Shown here: positions 1 through 13,497 of the stretch, in pieces
Position numbering within the stretch: position 1 is the stretch's first letter
Layout of the letters: every line of letters starts with the position of its first letter
Origin: Octopus vulgaris
Lineage: Eukaryota
DNA length: 64,000 nt
Assembly (NCBI GenBank): GCA_951406725.2
Contig: OX597823.1
Span: 29,698,001-29,762,000, forward strand
Reading direction: 5' to 3'
Notes under the pieces: model-generated
The model's database searches: none
What the model was told of the DNA's origin: nothing
What the model saw: the letters and a program-made list of their open reading frames with translations, nothing else
Made by a program: the position numbers and the translations under genes

Positions 1-6
1 AGGTCA

Positions 7-228
<222 letters not shown>

Positions 229-229
229 A

Positions 230-560
230 TACATGTTAATTCTGCAGAGATGTTGTCCTATGGCGTTTGGTGAAAACAATCTTTCTCGGGATTTTTGCAG
301 AAAACAGGGGTTTTGCTTTCCTCTAAATTTACAGAACGTGTCTCAATCCCATTATTCTCCAGCCTCTTGGATAACCGTTTCGGTGCCCGTATCAAGTGCA
401 CAAACCACTATCACAGGAACAGTTAAGTGTTCTACAATTTCTTCATCTGCCTAACATGGTTTTGGTATTTCTCATTTTCCTTTATAAACACTCAGCTATC
501 GTACCGGATTACAAAATCAATCGTAACCAGCAGTATTGGCTGGTTTCCTCTCCTTGATTA
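230..560 (-). mobile_element. Heavily decayed 3' end of an R4/Dong-like (RLE) non-LTR retrotransposon
   Basis: Minus strand reads LTVPVIVVCALDTG, resembling the 'VPVIVGALG' C-terminal RLE motif, and runs into an (AAT)n/(GAT)n array like the 7.1-kb copy. Confidence 0.45.
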
Positions 561-574
561 CATTTAATGTATTT

Positions 575-708
575 ACTTCAATAGCAAAGCATGAAAGGAT
601 GAAAGGCAAAGTCGACCTCGCTGGAATTTGAACTCAGAACGTAAAGACGAACGAAATACCGTTAAGTATTTCGTCCGGTGCACTAACGATTCTGCCAACT
701 CACTGCCT
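575..708 (-). mobile_element. tRNA-derived SINE family B, partial
   Basis: Reverse complement matches the GGCxGxGAGYTGGCAGAATCGTTAG...GAGTTCAAATTCC...GAGGTCGACTTTGCCTTTCATCCTTTC family seen at 21949. Confidence 0.85.
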
Positions 709-710
709 AA

Positions 711-1008
<298 letters not shown>

Positions 1009-1509
1009 GAACTCTAGCACTTTTGGGGAACGTCTGCCCCATTACCTCGGTGCACATTAAGATTTCTGTTTTTTCAACATTTATGTAATTTTTGAAATAT
1101 TCCTTTATTTACACGTCTTTAAAAATGTATTCTTCTTCATCTTGGGAAGCGACGACTTTTTGTGATCCAGAAACGACGTGGCATATATTATTCCTTCGAC
1201 ATGTTTTAAACTGAAAGAAATATTGTAAAAAAGAAAGAGAAAAAAATTGTGAATAGAAAATTCCAAACAGAAAAAAATATATTGACAAAGAAAATAACAA
1301 TGGCATTTAAATAAACAGATGGAACTACAAATATAAATGCAAGTATTGTCCCTCTCGAAAAGATACAGGAAACAAAACTGAACAAATTTGTAATGTAAAC
1401 ACAGATGCTGGTAGCCAAGCCAATAACAGAAACAGTCTAATGTCAACAAATTTTGACAAAAAAGAAAAAATAATAATAATAATGCCATGTCTCAAAAATT
1501 TTTTCTGAT

Positions 1510-2064
1510 TATCTGAAGAAGAACGGACAATGATTAACGTGGTGTAAGCTCTTGAAAAGTAGAGTAGCTTTTAATGTGCCTTCAAAGAGATGATTGAAAG
1601 AAGTCCATGCCGATGTATGGGAAGATGTGGATTTTATCGGCTGAAGTAGGGAATATGGAAGTGTGTGCTTGGTCTTTGAGACCGAGACTGAGACGAGACA
1701 AGACATTAAGCCATGTCTTCACATATCTGCCCGCAGGCAAGTGCCACAATATGGCACATTTGTAAAATAAAGTTCACAATCATGAGAAGTGTCTTGGATT
1801 TAGGATCGTCACAAACTTGGCGGCACTGTGCGAGTAGGTTGACGGCACCAAGATGATCATAAAGGAAATGCTTGGTTAGATGGGAGCTTAACGTTACCCG
1901 AAAAGCAAAGATACTTCCAGGAGCCCAAAGAGATACGATTGGTAGTGCAGTGTAGAAATCTCAGATATTATAAGCGTGAAGGTATTAGTCACGTGAAGGC
2001 TTATTGCCCTGAAGAAGTGTTGGGACAAATGAAGAGGAAGAGATTGGAGAGAGGAAGCCAGTAA
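1510..2064 (+). pseudogene. Decayed retroelement ORF1/gag-like remnant with a degenerate CCHC zinc knuckle
   Basis: 1966-2010 encodes YYKREGISHVKAYCP. Single-base reversions (TAT>TGT, CGT>TGT, AGT>GGT) give CX2CX4HX4C with the usual GH. The surrounding frame has stops. Confidence 0.45.
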
Positions 2065-2578
2065 TCGTTTTTTATGCACTGATCTGTTTTATGAAGAGGA
2101 AGGGAGGACGAGAGGAACAGAGTCGGAGAAGAGTAGAGGGAAGAGGAAAAGGAAAGGGAATAAGGTGAGGAGAGTGGAGAAGAGAGAGAAGTAGAAGTGG
2201 GAGAGGTAAAGGAGAGGGGAAAGACAAGAAAAGGGAGAGAGGAGGAGAAAGAGCGAGAGAAGAGGAAACAGATAATGGGGAATAAGAACCGGATTTTAAG
2301 AGACTTTCCAATGATAGGACGATGTCGTAGATCACATCGATAATGATCTGTCGTGACATAAAACAATCAACCACAACAACCAATGGCCGCTTTGCGTCAC
2401 TCCCGTTCAGCGCAGAAAAGGGCTCACTAGTATTTTCGGGGACTCCAAATTCTAACGTAATCAGTGACGGGTGAACAGAATCGTGCGGTTCTCTGACCCA
2501 AAGGAGATGGTAAGTTCTCGCCCGTATAGGGTCGATTGCTCTGTTTGTTTATCTTGTTTCTTTTTATTATATATTTTT

Positions 2579-2946
<368 letters not shown>

Positions 2947-3539
2947 ATATATATAGCCAGAAAGAGGGAGACAGGGACTGACAGAAAGACAGAAACAGAG
3001 ACAGAGGGAGTGGAAGAGAGAGAAAGTGGTAGGAAGAGAGAGAGTGTCACAAAGAGAGAGAGAGAGAGAGAGAGAGAAAGGTGCATGCGTACTCATAAAC
3101 ACACATCTATTGTCGTTCTCAGGGCAGAAAAGGGACATTCACACGGAAGCTCACATCTTTGCCAATTCTTTTTTTCTTTTTGTGGAATAGAAAACTTTTA
3201 AGAACCAAAATCTAAAATCAAATGTAGAAAAATTATTTTAATTTAACAACATCTAAAATTAAATCATTTTATTTAGCAAACACCTGCAGTACCATCGATG
3301 TGTTTCTACTAATTATTTCTTGTCTTTTATTAAGATTATGGAGAAATTTGTAACACGAATATCCGAAGGTGATTTTAATCTAAATAACACCACTGCAATG
3401 ATATCACTTTTGCAAGTGAGAATACTATTCCAGCCAAGACTTCATAACTCCCTTTGGATTCTAATCTCTAATCAACAATTTGCTTGTGTATCAAATTTCC
3501 AAAGTAAAATTAAATGGTTGGTCTTAGAATAAATGAAAG

Positions 3540-3957
3540 AAAAAAGCATGATATACATTACTGTCTGTATGGAGTAACTGCAAATTTCTCATCAGTTCAG
3601 CAAAGGTATTATCTTTTTCACTAATCTTAAACATCAAGTTAACTTCTGGCTAATTAATTTCAACTGTTGCGCATAATTTCTTTCTTGGTCCCACATCATT
3701 ATGTCAGGTCTAGCATGCTTACAGCAGTCTTGTCAGGGACATCCAACCGGTGTGCCTTCCATATCATTCAAGCTTCTTATATTTGTGTCCTCAAGATTAT
3801 CGACCCCCGTTTCTTTTAGATATATTCTTTTACATATATTAATGTTGATATTAAGAGATGAAAAGAGCTGTGAAACTTATATTCTCACCACGTAACACTT
3901 TGGTAGGAGCTTGCTTTATATTGTGGGAAACTTAGATAAGCTTCTTGCATAGTATAA
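3540..3957 (-). mobile_element. RLE-endonuclease LINE remnant
   Basis: Minus strand: KHARPDIMMWDQ, then after a frameshift VNLMFKISEKDNTFAELMRNLQLL, a PD-(D/E)xK RLE signature of R2/R4-group LINEs. Confidence 0.65.
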
Positions 3958-3969
3958 GATGCATAAATA

Positions 3970-4187
3970 TTGGTTCCAAATTTTAGCACTAGGCCAGCAA
4001 TATGGGAGGAAGGGCAAAGTAGATTACATGGACCCCAGTACTCAACTGGTACTTATTTTATCGACCCCCGAAAGAATGAAAGGTAAAATCAACCACTGCG
4101 GAATTTGAACTCAGAACGCCAAGACGGACGAAATACTGTTAAGCATTTTTCCCGGCCTGCTAACAATTCTGCCAACTCGCAGCTTTA
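3970..4187 (-). mobile_element. SINE family B with 11-bp TSD
   Basis: Family match; GATGCATAAAT on both sides (~3959 and ~4189). Confidence 0.85.
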
Positions 4188-4323
4188 TGATGCATAAATG
4201 CTAAGAATATTCATTTATTGTGATGATGGTTTCTGCTTTTTGCTTGGGATTTTTTTTTTCTTCGATTCTGAATGCACAAAAGAAATTGCTTTGTCCTTAT
4301 TGGTCATCACTATTGGAAACATG

Positions 4324-4558
4324 GATGGTGTTTAACTGGCTGAATCGTTAGCGTGTCGGACAGAATGTTAAGCAACATTTCTTCCGGCTCATTATATGCT
4401 GAGTTCAAATTCCATCGAGATCAGCTTAATCTTTCGTTCTTTCAGAGCCGATAAAATAACGCACTAGTGAAATATGTGGGTCGATGTAATCGGCTAACCC
4501 CTATTCCTACCCAAAAAGTTGCCGACTTTGTGCTAAAATTTAAAACAATTTGAAACAG
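4324..4558 (+). mobile_element. SINE family B (diverged) with 13-bp TSD
   Basis: Family match; TATTGGAAACATG on both sides (~4311 and ~4560). Confidence 0.8.
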
Positions 4559-4571
4559 TTATTGGAAACAT

Positions 4572-5365
4572 GCAAGAAGGTTATCTAAGTTTCTCACAAT
4601 ATCAGACAAACTCTAACCAAAGTGTAGCTATAACTATGTGGTGAGAATATAATAGTCTCGAATAGAACAAATACGATGGGGGTAATAATCTTGAGGAGAC
4701 AAATATAGAAAGCTTGAGGGACGTGGAAGGCACACTGGTTGGATATCTCTGACAAGACTTCAATAAAATGTAATCATACTAGACCAGACATAGTAATGTG
4801 GGACCAAAAAGGAAATTAAGCCCAGCATTTGAAATCAGTTACCCAGGAGAAGTTAACTTGATGTTTAAGATTAATGAAAAAGATAATACCTTTGCTGAAC
4901 TTTGCAGCTACTCTATACAGACTGTAACTTTAGACATTTATCAATAATTATTGATTTACTTAGTTATATACATTATCTTCCTCAGTAACCATATTGAGAA
5001 GATGGCTTTCATAAAACCAGAAAGCTAGCAAAAACACTGTCAAAATATGCAAAACATTCATGAAGTTCAGCAGGTAATAGGATCCACGTATACAATGACA
5101 TCTATGATTGCGTCCCTATGTGCGTATATACATGCATGCTTATATTTATATGATACATACATGCATACATACATACATACATACATACATACATACATGC
5201 ATGCATACATACATACATACATACATACATACATACATACATACATACATACATACACGACATACTCTGTTGATGGCATCTAAATTCCAGTGGAATGATC
5301 TTGTTTCTTGGCTACAAACTACCTCTTTCGCTGCTAGTGAGAAATTCGAGAAATAAAACAATGAA
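4572..5365 (+). mobile_element. RLE-endonuclease LINE 3' remnant including a (CATA)n-containing 3' UTR
   Basis: HTRPDIVMWDQ...EISYPGEVNLMFKINEKDNTFAEL...TVKICKTFMKF; 3' UTR similar to 33960-34210. Confidence 0.65.
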
Positions 5366-5440
5366 AACACACAGAAAGTACGTGTATACACACACACAAA
5401 CACACGTGTGTATATGTGTATGTATACATATATATATATT

Positions 5441-5648
5441 CATCATGTTAAACCGTTAATTCCGGCACATTTTTTCTCTCTCCGTTCTTCTCTCTCCCAC
5501 CTCTCTCTCTTTCTCTTTCTCCATGTTTTCCTCTCATCCCTTTCTGTCGAGGAGCACAGGCTCGAAACGTCAAAGACTCTTCCATTCTCCCCCAAGCGTC
5601 AATCTAATACACCTGCTTGATGTCCCTTCATTTGTCTTTTGTTTTCAG
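5441..5648 (+). mobile_element. Penelope-like terminal repeat with minimal HHR motif (CUGUCGA core variant) at 5540-5575
   Basis: CTTT-CTGTCGA-G-GAGC-acag-GCTC-GAAAC-GTC-AAAG: helix I CTTT/AAAG, helix II GAGC/GCTC, palindromic ACGT helix III. Confidence 0.65.
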
Positions 5649-5705
5649 AGATGAAGGAAACTGTCTAAATAATGGCCTGGAGATCTACAAATAACTTGTG
5701 TACAA

Positions 5706-5870
5706 GGCGTAGAAGTGGCTGTGTGGTAAGTAGGTTGTTTACCAACTCCATGGTTCGGGGTTCAGTCCCACTGCGTGGTACCTTGGGCAAGTGTCTTCTA
5801 CTATAGCCTCGGGTCGACCAAAGCCTTGTGAGTGGATTTGGTAGACGAAAACGGAAAGAAGCCCGTCGTA

Positions 5871-5959
<89 letters not shown>

Positions 5960-6180
5960 TGTGTGTCTGTGTTTGTGTGTCTGTATTTGTCCCCCAGCAT
6001 CGCTTGACAACCGATGCTGGTGTGTTTACGTCACCGTAACTTAGAGGTTCGGCAAAAGAAACCGATAGAATAAGTACTTGGCTTACAAACAATAAGTCCT
6101 GGGGTCGATTTGCTCGACTAAGGGCGGTGCTTCAGCATGGCCACAGTCAAATGACTGAAACAAGTAAAAGAGTAAAAGAG
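5706..6180 (+). mobile_element. tRNA-derived CORE-type SINE family A, full length with internal (TA)n(TG)n
   Basis: A box TGGCTGTGTGG, B box GGTTCAGTCCC, CORE-like ACCTTGGGCAAGT, tail CAGCATGGCCxCAGTCAAATGACTGAAACAAG(TAAAAGAG)n; about 20 full or partial copies in the window. Confidence 0.9.
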
Positions 6181-7113
6181 AAGTAAATAGACACCTTTAA
6201 TTTTCAAAAAAAAAGAGTAAAAAGAGTAAAAGAGTAAAAAGTACGCAAACAACTATATTGTAGCAACTTAATGAAGGACCATCTTGATAAGCAATTACAG
6301 AATTCAATATAGTTTCTATGTAACAAATTTCACCTGCGAGATGGTGATCAATGAGAGACTATGCTAGAACAAGATGCAAAGAAAATTGAACCCGAAATCA
6401 CATAATTACTAACTGACACTCGCTGACGATACATCGAAGAGGCCAGGGAACAGAAAAAAGAAGAAGAAAGAAGACATGCACCCAACACCAGAGCTGAAGA
6501 CACCTCCGAAAGGTGGAGCCCCACCACGTCAAAACGGTAGAGGACGTGGTTCCTCCTGATGATGTCTTGAGCTAACTGGATCCTATAAAGGAGCTGTTGT
6601 GGTAGCAGACCTCGAAACACGGTTGTAATTCCTAACAGGATGTTTTACCCAAACAGCATTTAAGCCTGTCTCTTAATCGTTGCATGCAGGGAAACAGATG
6701 CCCTGTTTTTTCTTTTGTTTGTTTTTTTTACTTTTATCACAATACAACGCCATAGTTTCTTGCATATGTTACAACATTCGCCACCCACCACCATCACCAC
6801 CACCATCGCCATCACCATCACCAACACCACCATCAACATCGACACCACCACACCGCCACCACCACCACCACCACTAATATCTGAGTGACTGACTGACATT
6901 CTCCAAGTGTCTATTTATTTCCACATTTACAAAAACTCTCATTTCTATTGTCACATGACAAAACCCCATGTACATATGTTAAAGTTCATAGGGAACGTTA
7001 AGGGATGTTGTTGTTGTTGTCGTTGTCCCTTATTGTTAAGCAGATAAAGGATCAATGACATCCTGGTAGGGATACCTAGGAGCTTTTAAGCATTGAAGCT
7101 TAGGCCTGCTTAC

Positions 7114-7144
<31 letters not shown>

Positions 7145-7150
7145 TCATTA

Positions 7151-9270
7151 TTCCTTCGTAACACAGTATAGGTAAAAACGCACCGGAGTCTTAAGTCATT
7201 TGTCAAGTCACAAGGACCTCAGACATAATACTTCCCTTAAAATGCGCGCTGTGCCTAATAAGGCTGCTTTTTGCAAGACATCAGTCTTGCATAGGACTTC
7301 CAGTTACCTTAAGAAGTCTGGTATCACTTTTACATTACCGTCTCGCACTCCATACAGTCTTGCTATTTCCACTTTCAATTCGGAATACTTGGTGATTTTT
7401 TTCAACTTCTTTACTCACAATGTTCATGTCATTTGGTATGGCTATATCAATGATCTGACAGTATTTGTCTCTCTTATTCAATATGACAATATCCAGCCGA
7501 CAGTGTTCGATTATACGATCCCTCTGAAAATCATAGTCCCAGAGTCCTCCTGCATAACTTTACTTGATACATGCTCATACCAGTTCTCTGTTACTTCATA
7601 TTGATATTTATGGCATAAGAACCAATGAAGACACACACACACATTTTACTGTGGCGACGTTCATAATCTTTTGTGCAAGGCTCTCACATCCACTTACCAA
7701 GTGGGTCACATTTTCCACACTCTTTCCACGGTGTCTGAATTTCTGAGTGTCAGAAGTTTTATAAATGTTATACTTCACTGAAATGGTAGCGAGAACCTGG
7801 TCTTGTACATCAACGATCAGGCTTTCGGTGGTACGCTTCAAATCACCTCGCTCAAGTCATGTCCACGATGCTGTATCATCCTTAACGTCTTGTGTATTCC
7901 TTTCAAACTGTGCATTCTCATTTCTCTTCCCCTCAGCTCTTTAGTTAAACTCTTCCTTGACCATCATTTCATTTGCATTTACATCCATATCTTTCGCGGC
8001 ATATTGTAGCGGGTCTTCATCACTATTTATCAAATACTCGGCAAGCGTTCTCCTTTCACTCCTTATACAATGGTCTGTACTAATTAGTCCTCTGCCACCA
8101 ATCTTTCTTTCATATACAGTCTGTTTACGTTTGCTTTAGGGTGTAGCGCCTCATGGAGCGTCATCAACTTTCTCGTCCTTCTATCTAGTGTTGATATTTC
8201 TTCCTTAGTCCATTTGAGGATGGACGCACTATATCTGATCACCGCAAATGCCCAGATATTCGTTGCTGTAATAAAATTTTTGTCAATCTGGTTGGATTTC
8301 AATACCATCTTCACCCTTTTTTGATACACCTCGCTGATCTTGACTTTCATTTCTCTGTGTAGAATGTCATTTCTCTGTGTAGAATGTCATTTCTCTGTGT
8401 AGAATGTCATCCAGCTCCAAAATCCCTAAATATCTATACCCACTAGCGTCGGGCTCACCCATGGTCTCTCCTGATGGGAAACGCAATCATCTGCAAGCTG
8501 CTTTCTTCCCTCTTTTCATATTAAGTACTGAGCATTTGGTAATCCCAAATTCCATACCGACTTCCCTACCACACTTCTGGACTGTTTTGGTTAAAGAATC
8601 TATCTGTTTTTCAGATTCCCAAACAATTTCAGGCCACCCATTAAACAGAGGATGATTCAACGATGGGCCTTTCTTCCCAAATCGGTAACAATCTTACCTT
8701 TGCTAAGTGTCATTGTTATAGATATTAGTACAATTACAAAAAGTAACGGAGAAAACGAGTCACCTTGGAAGATTGCCCTTTTAATATTAACTTCTCCAAA
8801 GAATACATTACTTGAGTACGATTTGGTTTTCCGATATTTCATGCTGTGCATCAGAAAATTTGTGATATTGTCAGCAACACCAAACATCTGCAGGCATCCA
8901 ACGATCCAAAAATGAGGCATCGTATCATATGCCTTCTTAAAGTCAATCTAAACCATAGACATGTTTGTATGATGTTTTCTACAATGCCTCAAAACTGTTT
9001 TATCGACGATCAGGTGATCCTTGGTACCCTGAGAACTCTTCCTACATCCTTTTGGTTCCCTTGGTAGTATTTCTTCCTGTGCCAGGAAAGTGTATGTCTT
9101 TGCCGCACATATTCCAGTATCTTCCAGATTATGTTTAGGCATGCTATGGGGACGGTAGTTTCCCCACAATATTCCCTTTTCTTCTATCTTTTATTACGAC
9201 TGTTGTCCTCTCAGTCACCATCCTCGCGGGGACTGTACCTTTCTGGGCACACTCGTTCAATTGGGCTGCT
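7151..9270 (-). mobile_element. 5'-truncated, frameshifted R4/Dong-clade LINE (RT + CCHC region + RLE)
   Basis: ORF pieces NYRP...KGCRK...GTKDHLIVD, DFKKAYD.MPH.WI, IFQGDSFSPLLF, LDRRTRKLMT, QDQVLAT...ENVTHLVSGC. Minus strand at 7200-7550 gives LWDYDFQ, RLDIVILNK...IIDIAIP and LQKAALLGTARILREVL. Flanked by AAT/GAT repeats. Confidence 0.9.
8348..8410. repeat. 20-bp tandem triplication (CATTTCTCTGTGTAGAATGT)x3 inside the Dong element
   Basis: Directly visible. Confidence 0.9.
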
Positions 9271-9306
9271 ATATTATTATTATCATCATCATCATCATCA
9301 TCATCA

Positions 9307-9361
<55 letters not shown>

Positions 9362-9364
9362 TAA

Positions 9365-9575
9365 AGCAGCGAGGTTGCCGAGTCGTTAGCACGTTGGGAA
9401 AACGCTTACTAACATTTCGTCTGTCTTTACATTCCCAATTCAAATTCCACCAAGGTCGACTTCTACCTTTCGTCTTCTCGGAGTTGATAACATAAGCACC
9501 AGTTGTGTACGAGGGTCCATGTAATCAAATTGCCCCGTCCCTCAAACTTACTGGCCTTGTGCCAAACTTTGAAAC
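9365..9575 (+). mobile_element. SINE family B, diverged
   Basis: Family match following (TTA)n. Confidence 0.75.
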
Positions 9576-10272
9576 CGTTATCGCGTCGAACAAAATGTTT
9601 AGCTTGGAGAATTTCTTCCTCGTATCAATCTGGGAGACCCTGATAAATAAAGGTTCATGGGTGCTGTTCTTCATTCTCTAACTAAGTGGTAAAATATAGA
9701 GGGACGATTATCTTTGTTATGTTGTTACTAGTTCATGTCAAAGTAGTAAATAAATTCCTGGATCTAGCAGTGGAACCCTGGCTCGTGGGGTCCAGGGTTT
9801 TGAGGAGTGTGGTTCCATCTCATAGCCACTTTTAATTCCAGGGTCTACCCTGGCTTGGAATGGTACTTCTTGCTAGGATCCCATCATGTCGAAGAATTGC
9901 CACCAGTACCCTCACACATTTTTCATAAGTCCCGCGGCAATAGAGAAAGAGTCGACGGGGACTGGTAGAGGATGCCACTGGAAGGTTTCAGGTTTGATTT
10001 TGCATTCAGCCGGCTGTCACGTGATGGTAGTCATTATTAAAAAAACAGTAAATTCAGTAAAATTTGTGACGTAAGGAAGCATTTAATGATGGTCTGTGTC
10101 AGAAACAATTGTGCACCGAAGTGGTTATTTACAGACATCTCAAAAGGCACGGGTCAGATGAGACCTTTTAGATCTTTAGGTGCTCATCTGAGAGAAGGTA
10201 ACTCCATACAAATCCTGCATCCTGATAAATACTCAGCTCGTAGCGCTAGCTGAATCACGCTAATACAAGTTT

Positions 10273-10716
10273 GGGATCTTTTCGGTTTGAACGGTAGTTT
10301 TTTTTTAATAATTTCCACGTAACTAAACACTTTTAAACTTCGTATACTGGTAGAATGTGTTTATAAAACATCTTTTTCTCTTAGCTTTATTGAGAAAATT
10401 CTATAGTTTGTAAGAATTTTGTTGTTTTTTTCCTTCAATTTCTGCAATTTCAACCAATCAATGACGTCTATTGAGGTGAAAACGTTCTGTGCCGTATGAA
10501 TATGTCCCTCGTTTAAGAAATAGATTGGGTTTATTTATATTTCTGAAGAAAAAAAGATACCCATCCCCCCACCCCTAACCCTAACCCTAACTAACCCTAA
10601 CTCTAACCCTAACCCTAAAACATTGAAATACGATAGATCGATACTAGGGTCGTAATTATGGGTGACAATTTCATATGACCGCTAGAAAAAACTGCCGTTC
10701 AAACCGAAAAGATCCC
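10273..10716. mobile_element. 444-bp MITE with ~31-bp TIRs, 6-bp TSD and internal (CCCTAA)n
   Basis: TIR GGGATCTTTTCGGTTTGAACGG(T/C)AGTTTTTT at both ends; AAGTTT at 10267-10272 and 10717-10722; telomere-type repeats 10573-10618. Confidence 0.9.
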
Positions 10717-11575
10717 AAGTTTGAAGGATGAAAGAGTAGGACTGGCTCTGCACAACTATGCCCCCTATAATAATATTCATTGCACAGGTTGATCAGCAAG
10801 CCAAGACGTTGGTGCCAATACCATCACACGTTTTTTCATAAGTTCCATGGCAACAGGGAAGGAGCCGACGGGAACTGGTAGTTTTCAGTTTTTTGAAGTT
10901 ACTGGAAGCCTTCAGTTTTTGTCCTGCGCTCAGGTGGCCGTAGTGCGATGGCAGTTATTATTAAAAAGAAAACCCCATGAATACAGTAAAATCCGGGATG
11001 ATGTAGGGAAGTATTTGATGATGACCTGTGTCAATAGCAATTTGCTCATCAAAGAATTTCAAAGAAGCGTTCAATAAGTTTGTTTGCTGTGACGAGTGTA
11101 AAAAGAGTAACGTTTCGGCGTATAGTTTTTCGTCAGAAAATGTAAATGATAGAAGAGGAGGTGTTGTCGCTTTGTGGATAAAAAGATGCAATATTCGAAT
11201 GAAAAAACGAAAAGCTCAGCAATCAGGCTTCTATTGCACCAAGGGGGATTCTGCTTCATTTTTTTCTTGCGGTTGGAGCTTCGTACTATTCCTCTTGACG
11301 GTGTGGTGAGAACGTCAGCTCACCATATATGGTATTCTTCAATACGTGTCCTTTCACCCTTGCAAACGTGTACTTAAAAACACGTGCGCGCACACACACA
11401 CACACGCACGCACACACACACACACACACAAATACACACACATATGCATCTATTCATGTACATATAAAGACACAAGGAAGAAACACGCGTATTCACACAT
11501 TTAAACATACAAAAACCCCATACACATTCAGTCAGAAAGACTCACCTTTACATAGACACACTCTCATATACATAT

Positions 11576-11613
<38 letters not shown>

Positions 11614-12206
11614 GCACACACATACATATGAACACGCGTACACGTAGCACATAGTATACACGTTTTCGACATCTCACAGGTAAATAGCACCGAGGAATGT
11701 AAAACAATTCTTCCCTATGTACAGACTTCAATAACTCAAATATTTTTGTGCTGCAACACCTTCAGGCGAGGGTAAGCACCAGAAGCAGGTGTAAGAAGAG
11801 GGACACAAAATCTGAGGGGGTGGAGAGTGCTTCTGTTTGCTGAATCTTATCCCAGATCTGTAGGTGTAGTGTGGGCGAATGGTGAAGAAGTTTGCTTCGC
11901 AAGCATGAACGTTCTACGTTCGATCTAGGTTGGATTGAATGGAAAATGTGTTGAAGGCGGTAAGGCGGGCTGACCCTGCGATTCAAATTGTACGGCCCAA
12001 GTCATACAGTTTCGCGCTGATTCTGCCTGAAGATTGCATTGAAATACAGATGTCTCTGGAATACTCAGCTGCTTTACATGTTAATTCAGGGCAAATAATT
12101 CAGTTGATTGAACCAACTGAAACCTTATCGTGGAAGCAGCATCCATACACAATACACACAGACACACATATTTATGTATATATGTATGTGTGCGTGTGTA
12201 AATAAA

Positions 12207-12242
<36 letters not shown>

Positions 12243-12539
12243 TGTATGTATGTATGTATAATTAATTAATTAATTAATTAATTAATTAATTAATTAATTC
12301 ACATAAACAAACAATTAAAAAACAGAGAAGAAAGGGAAAAAAACGAAAGTGAGGACGTGTACCAGAAATAAATTAATTTAACGCTCAATAAAAGGGGAGA
12401 GTGCTGCGAATGTTTCGTGCATAGCTCTTCTACGGAAACAGAAAAATCCAACAAGAAAGAAGGAAAAATAAGGAAAAATTAAAGATGTTTTTAGGTGGTT
12501 TTTGGATCAGAAACTGATTTTTTGTTTGTTCTATAATAA

Positions 12540-12680
12540 AAGTTAACGTTAACGTTTTATCGATAATTTCCGTTGCAATAAGAAACAATTAACTGATTAA
12601 CGGTTATCGAAGTTAACTTTTTGGTTAATGGATAAACGATTAACGAAGTTAACTTTTCGATTAACGGTGCCCACCTTTCG
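12540..12680. mobile_element. Possible single end of a hAT-like non-autonomous DNA transposon
   Basis: Repeated subterminal AAGTTAAC/GATTAAC motifs ending in ...GTGCCCACCTTT; no partner end found. Confidence 0.35.
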
Positions 12681-13414
12681 TAAATACGGGTATTTGTTTC
12701 TCAGGTTCTGAGAACTAAGACCCTTTTTTTAAAACGAAAACAATTACATATAATCCATTCAAAAGCGGACAAACATTGTTATCTACGCCTAATCTTTTAT
12801 TTCGTGTCAAAATTTAGATAGCTCTCCTCTAACTGCCGAGTGGCCTTTGAAAGGTGTAGCTTTTTCTAAAATAACCAAGTAAAATGGGACATTCATCTTA
12901 ATGAAAGATTAACAAAACTAGAAACTGGTCGGGCCAACTGCTGTTTATCGACCTTTATGGTGATGGAACAAGCGTTGAAATTACTGTTTACTTTTCAGGA
13001 TGAGGATAAATTAGTTTACTGAAAAGGTACACATTTCACATTATCAAAGAACGCTGTTTTGGGGTGAATGACACACATGCACACACACACATGCACACAC
13101 ACACACACACACACACGCACACACACGCACACACACACTCACACACATACATACACACACATACTCACACACGCACACACACATTTACAGACATATACGT
13201 ACGTAAGAATTCATTCATGACAAACAGACATACATGCTTGCTTACATATACATACATATAAAAACATACATGCATAATACATATACACACGGACACATAC
13301 ATATATATAAACTCACATACACACACACACACACACATATATATGTTGGTGTGTACATACATACATATATATCATATATATATACACACATACAAATATA
13401 CTTATATATCTATG

Positions 13415-13494
<80 letters not shown>

Positions 13495-13497
<3 letters not shown>

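Noticed and set aside
6300-6650. Possible PLE end with CTGATGA...GAAAC
   Set aside because: Helices I and II could not be formed convincingly.
10573-10618. Telomere or chromosome-fusion scar
   Set aside because: Short, degenerate and enclosed by TIRs and a TSD.
11700-12145. Possible old LINE fragment
   Set aside because: No diagnostic motif could be read reliably.
12999-13026. Micro-exon after TTTTCAG
   Set aside because: Weak donor and no supporting frame.
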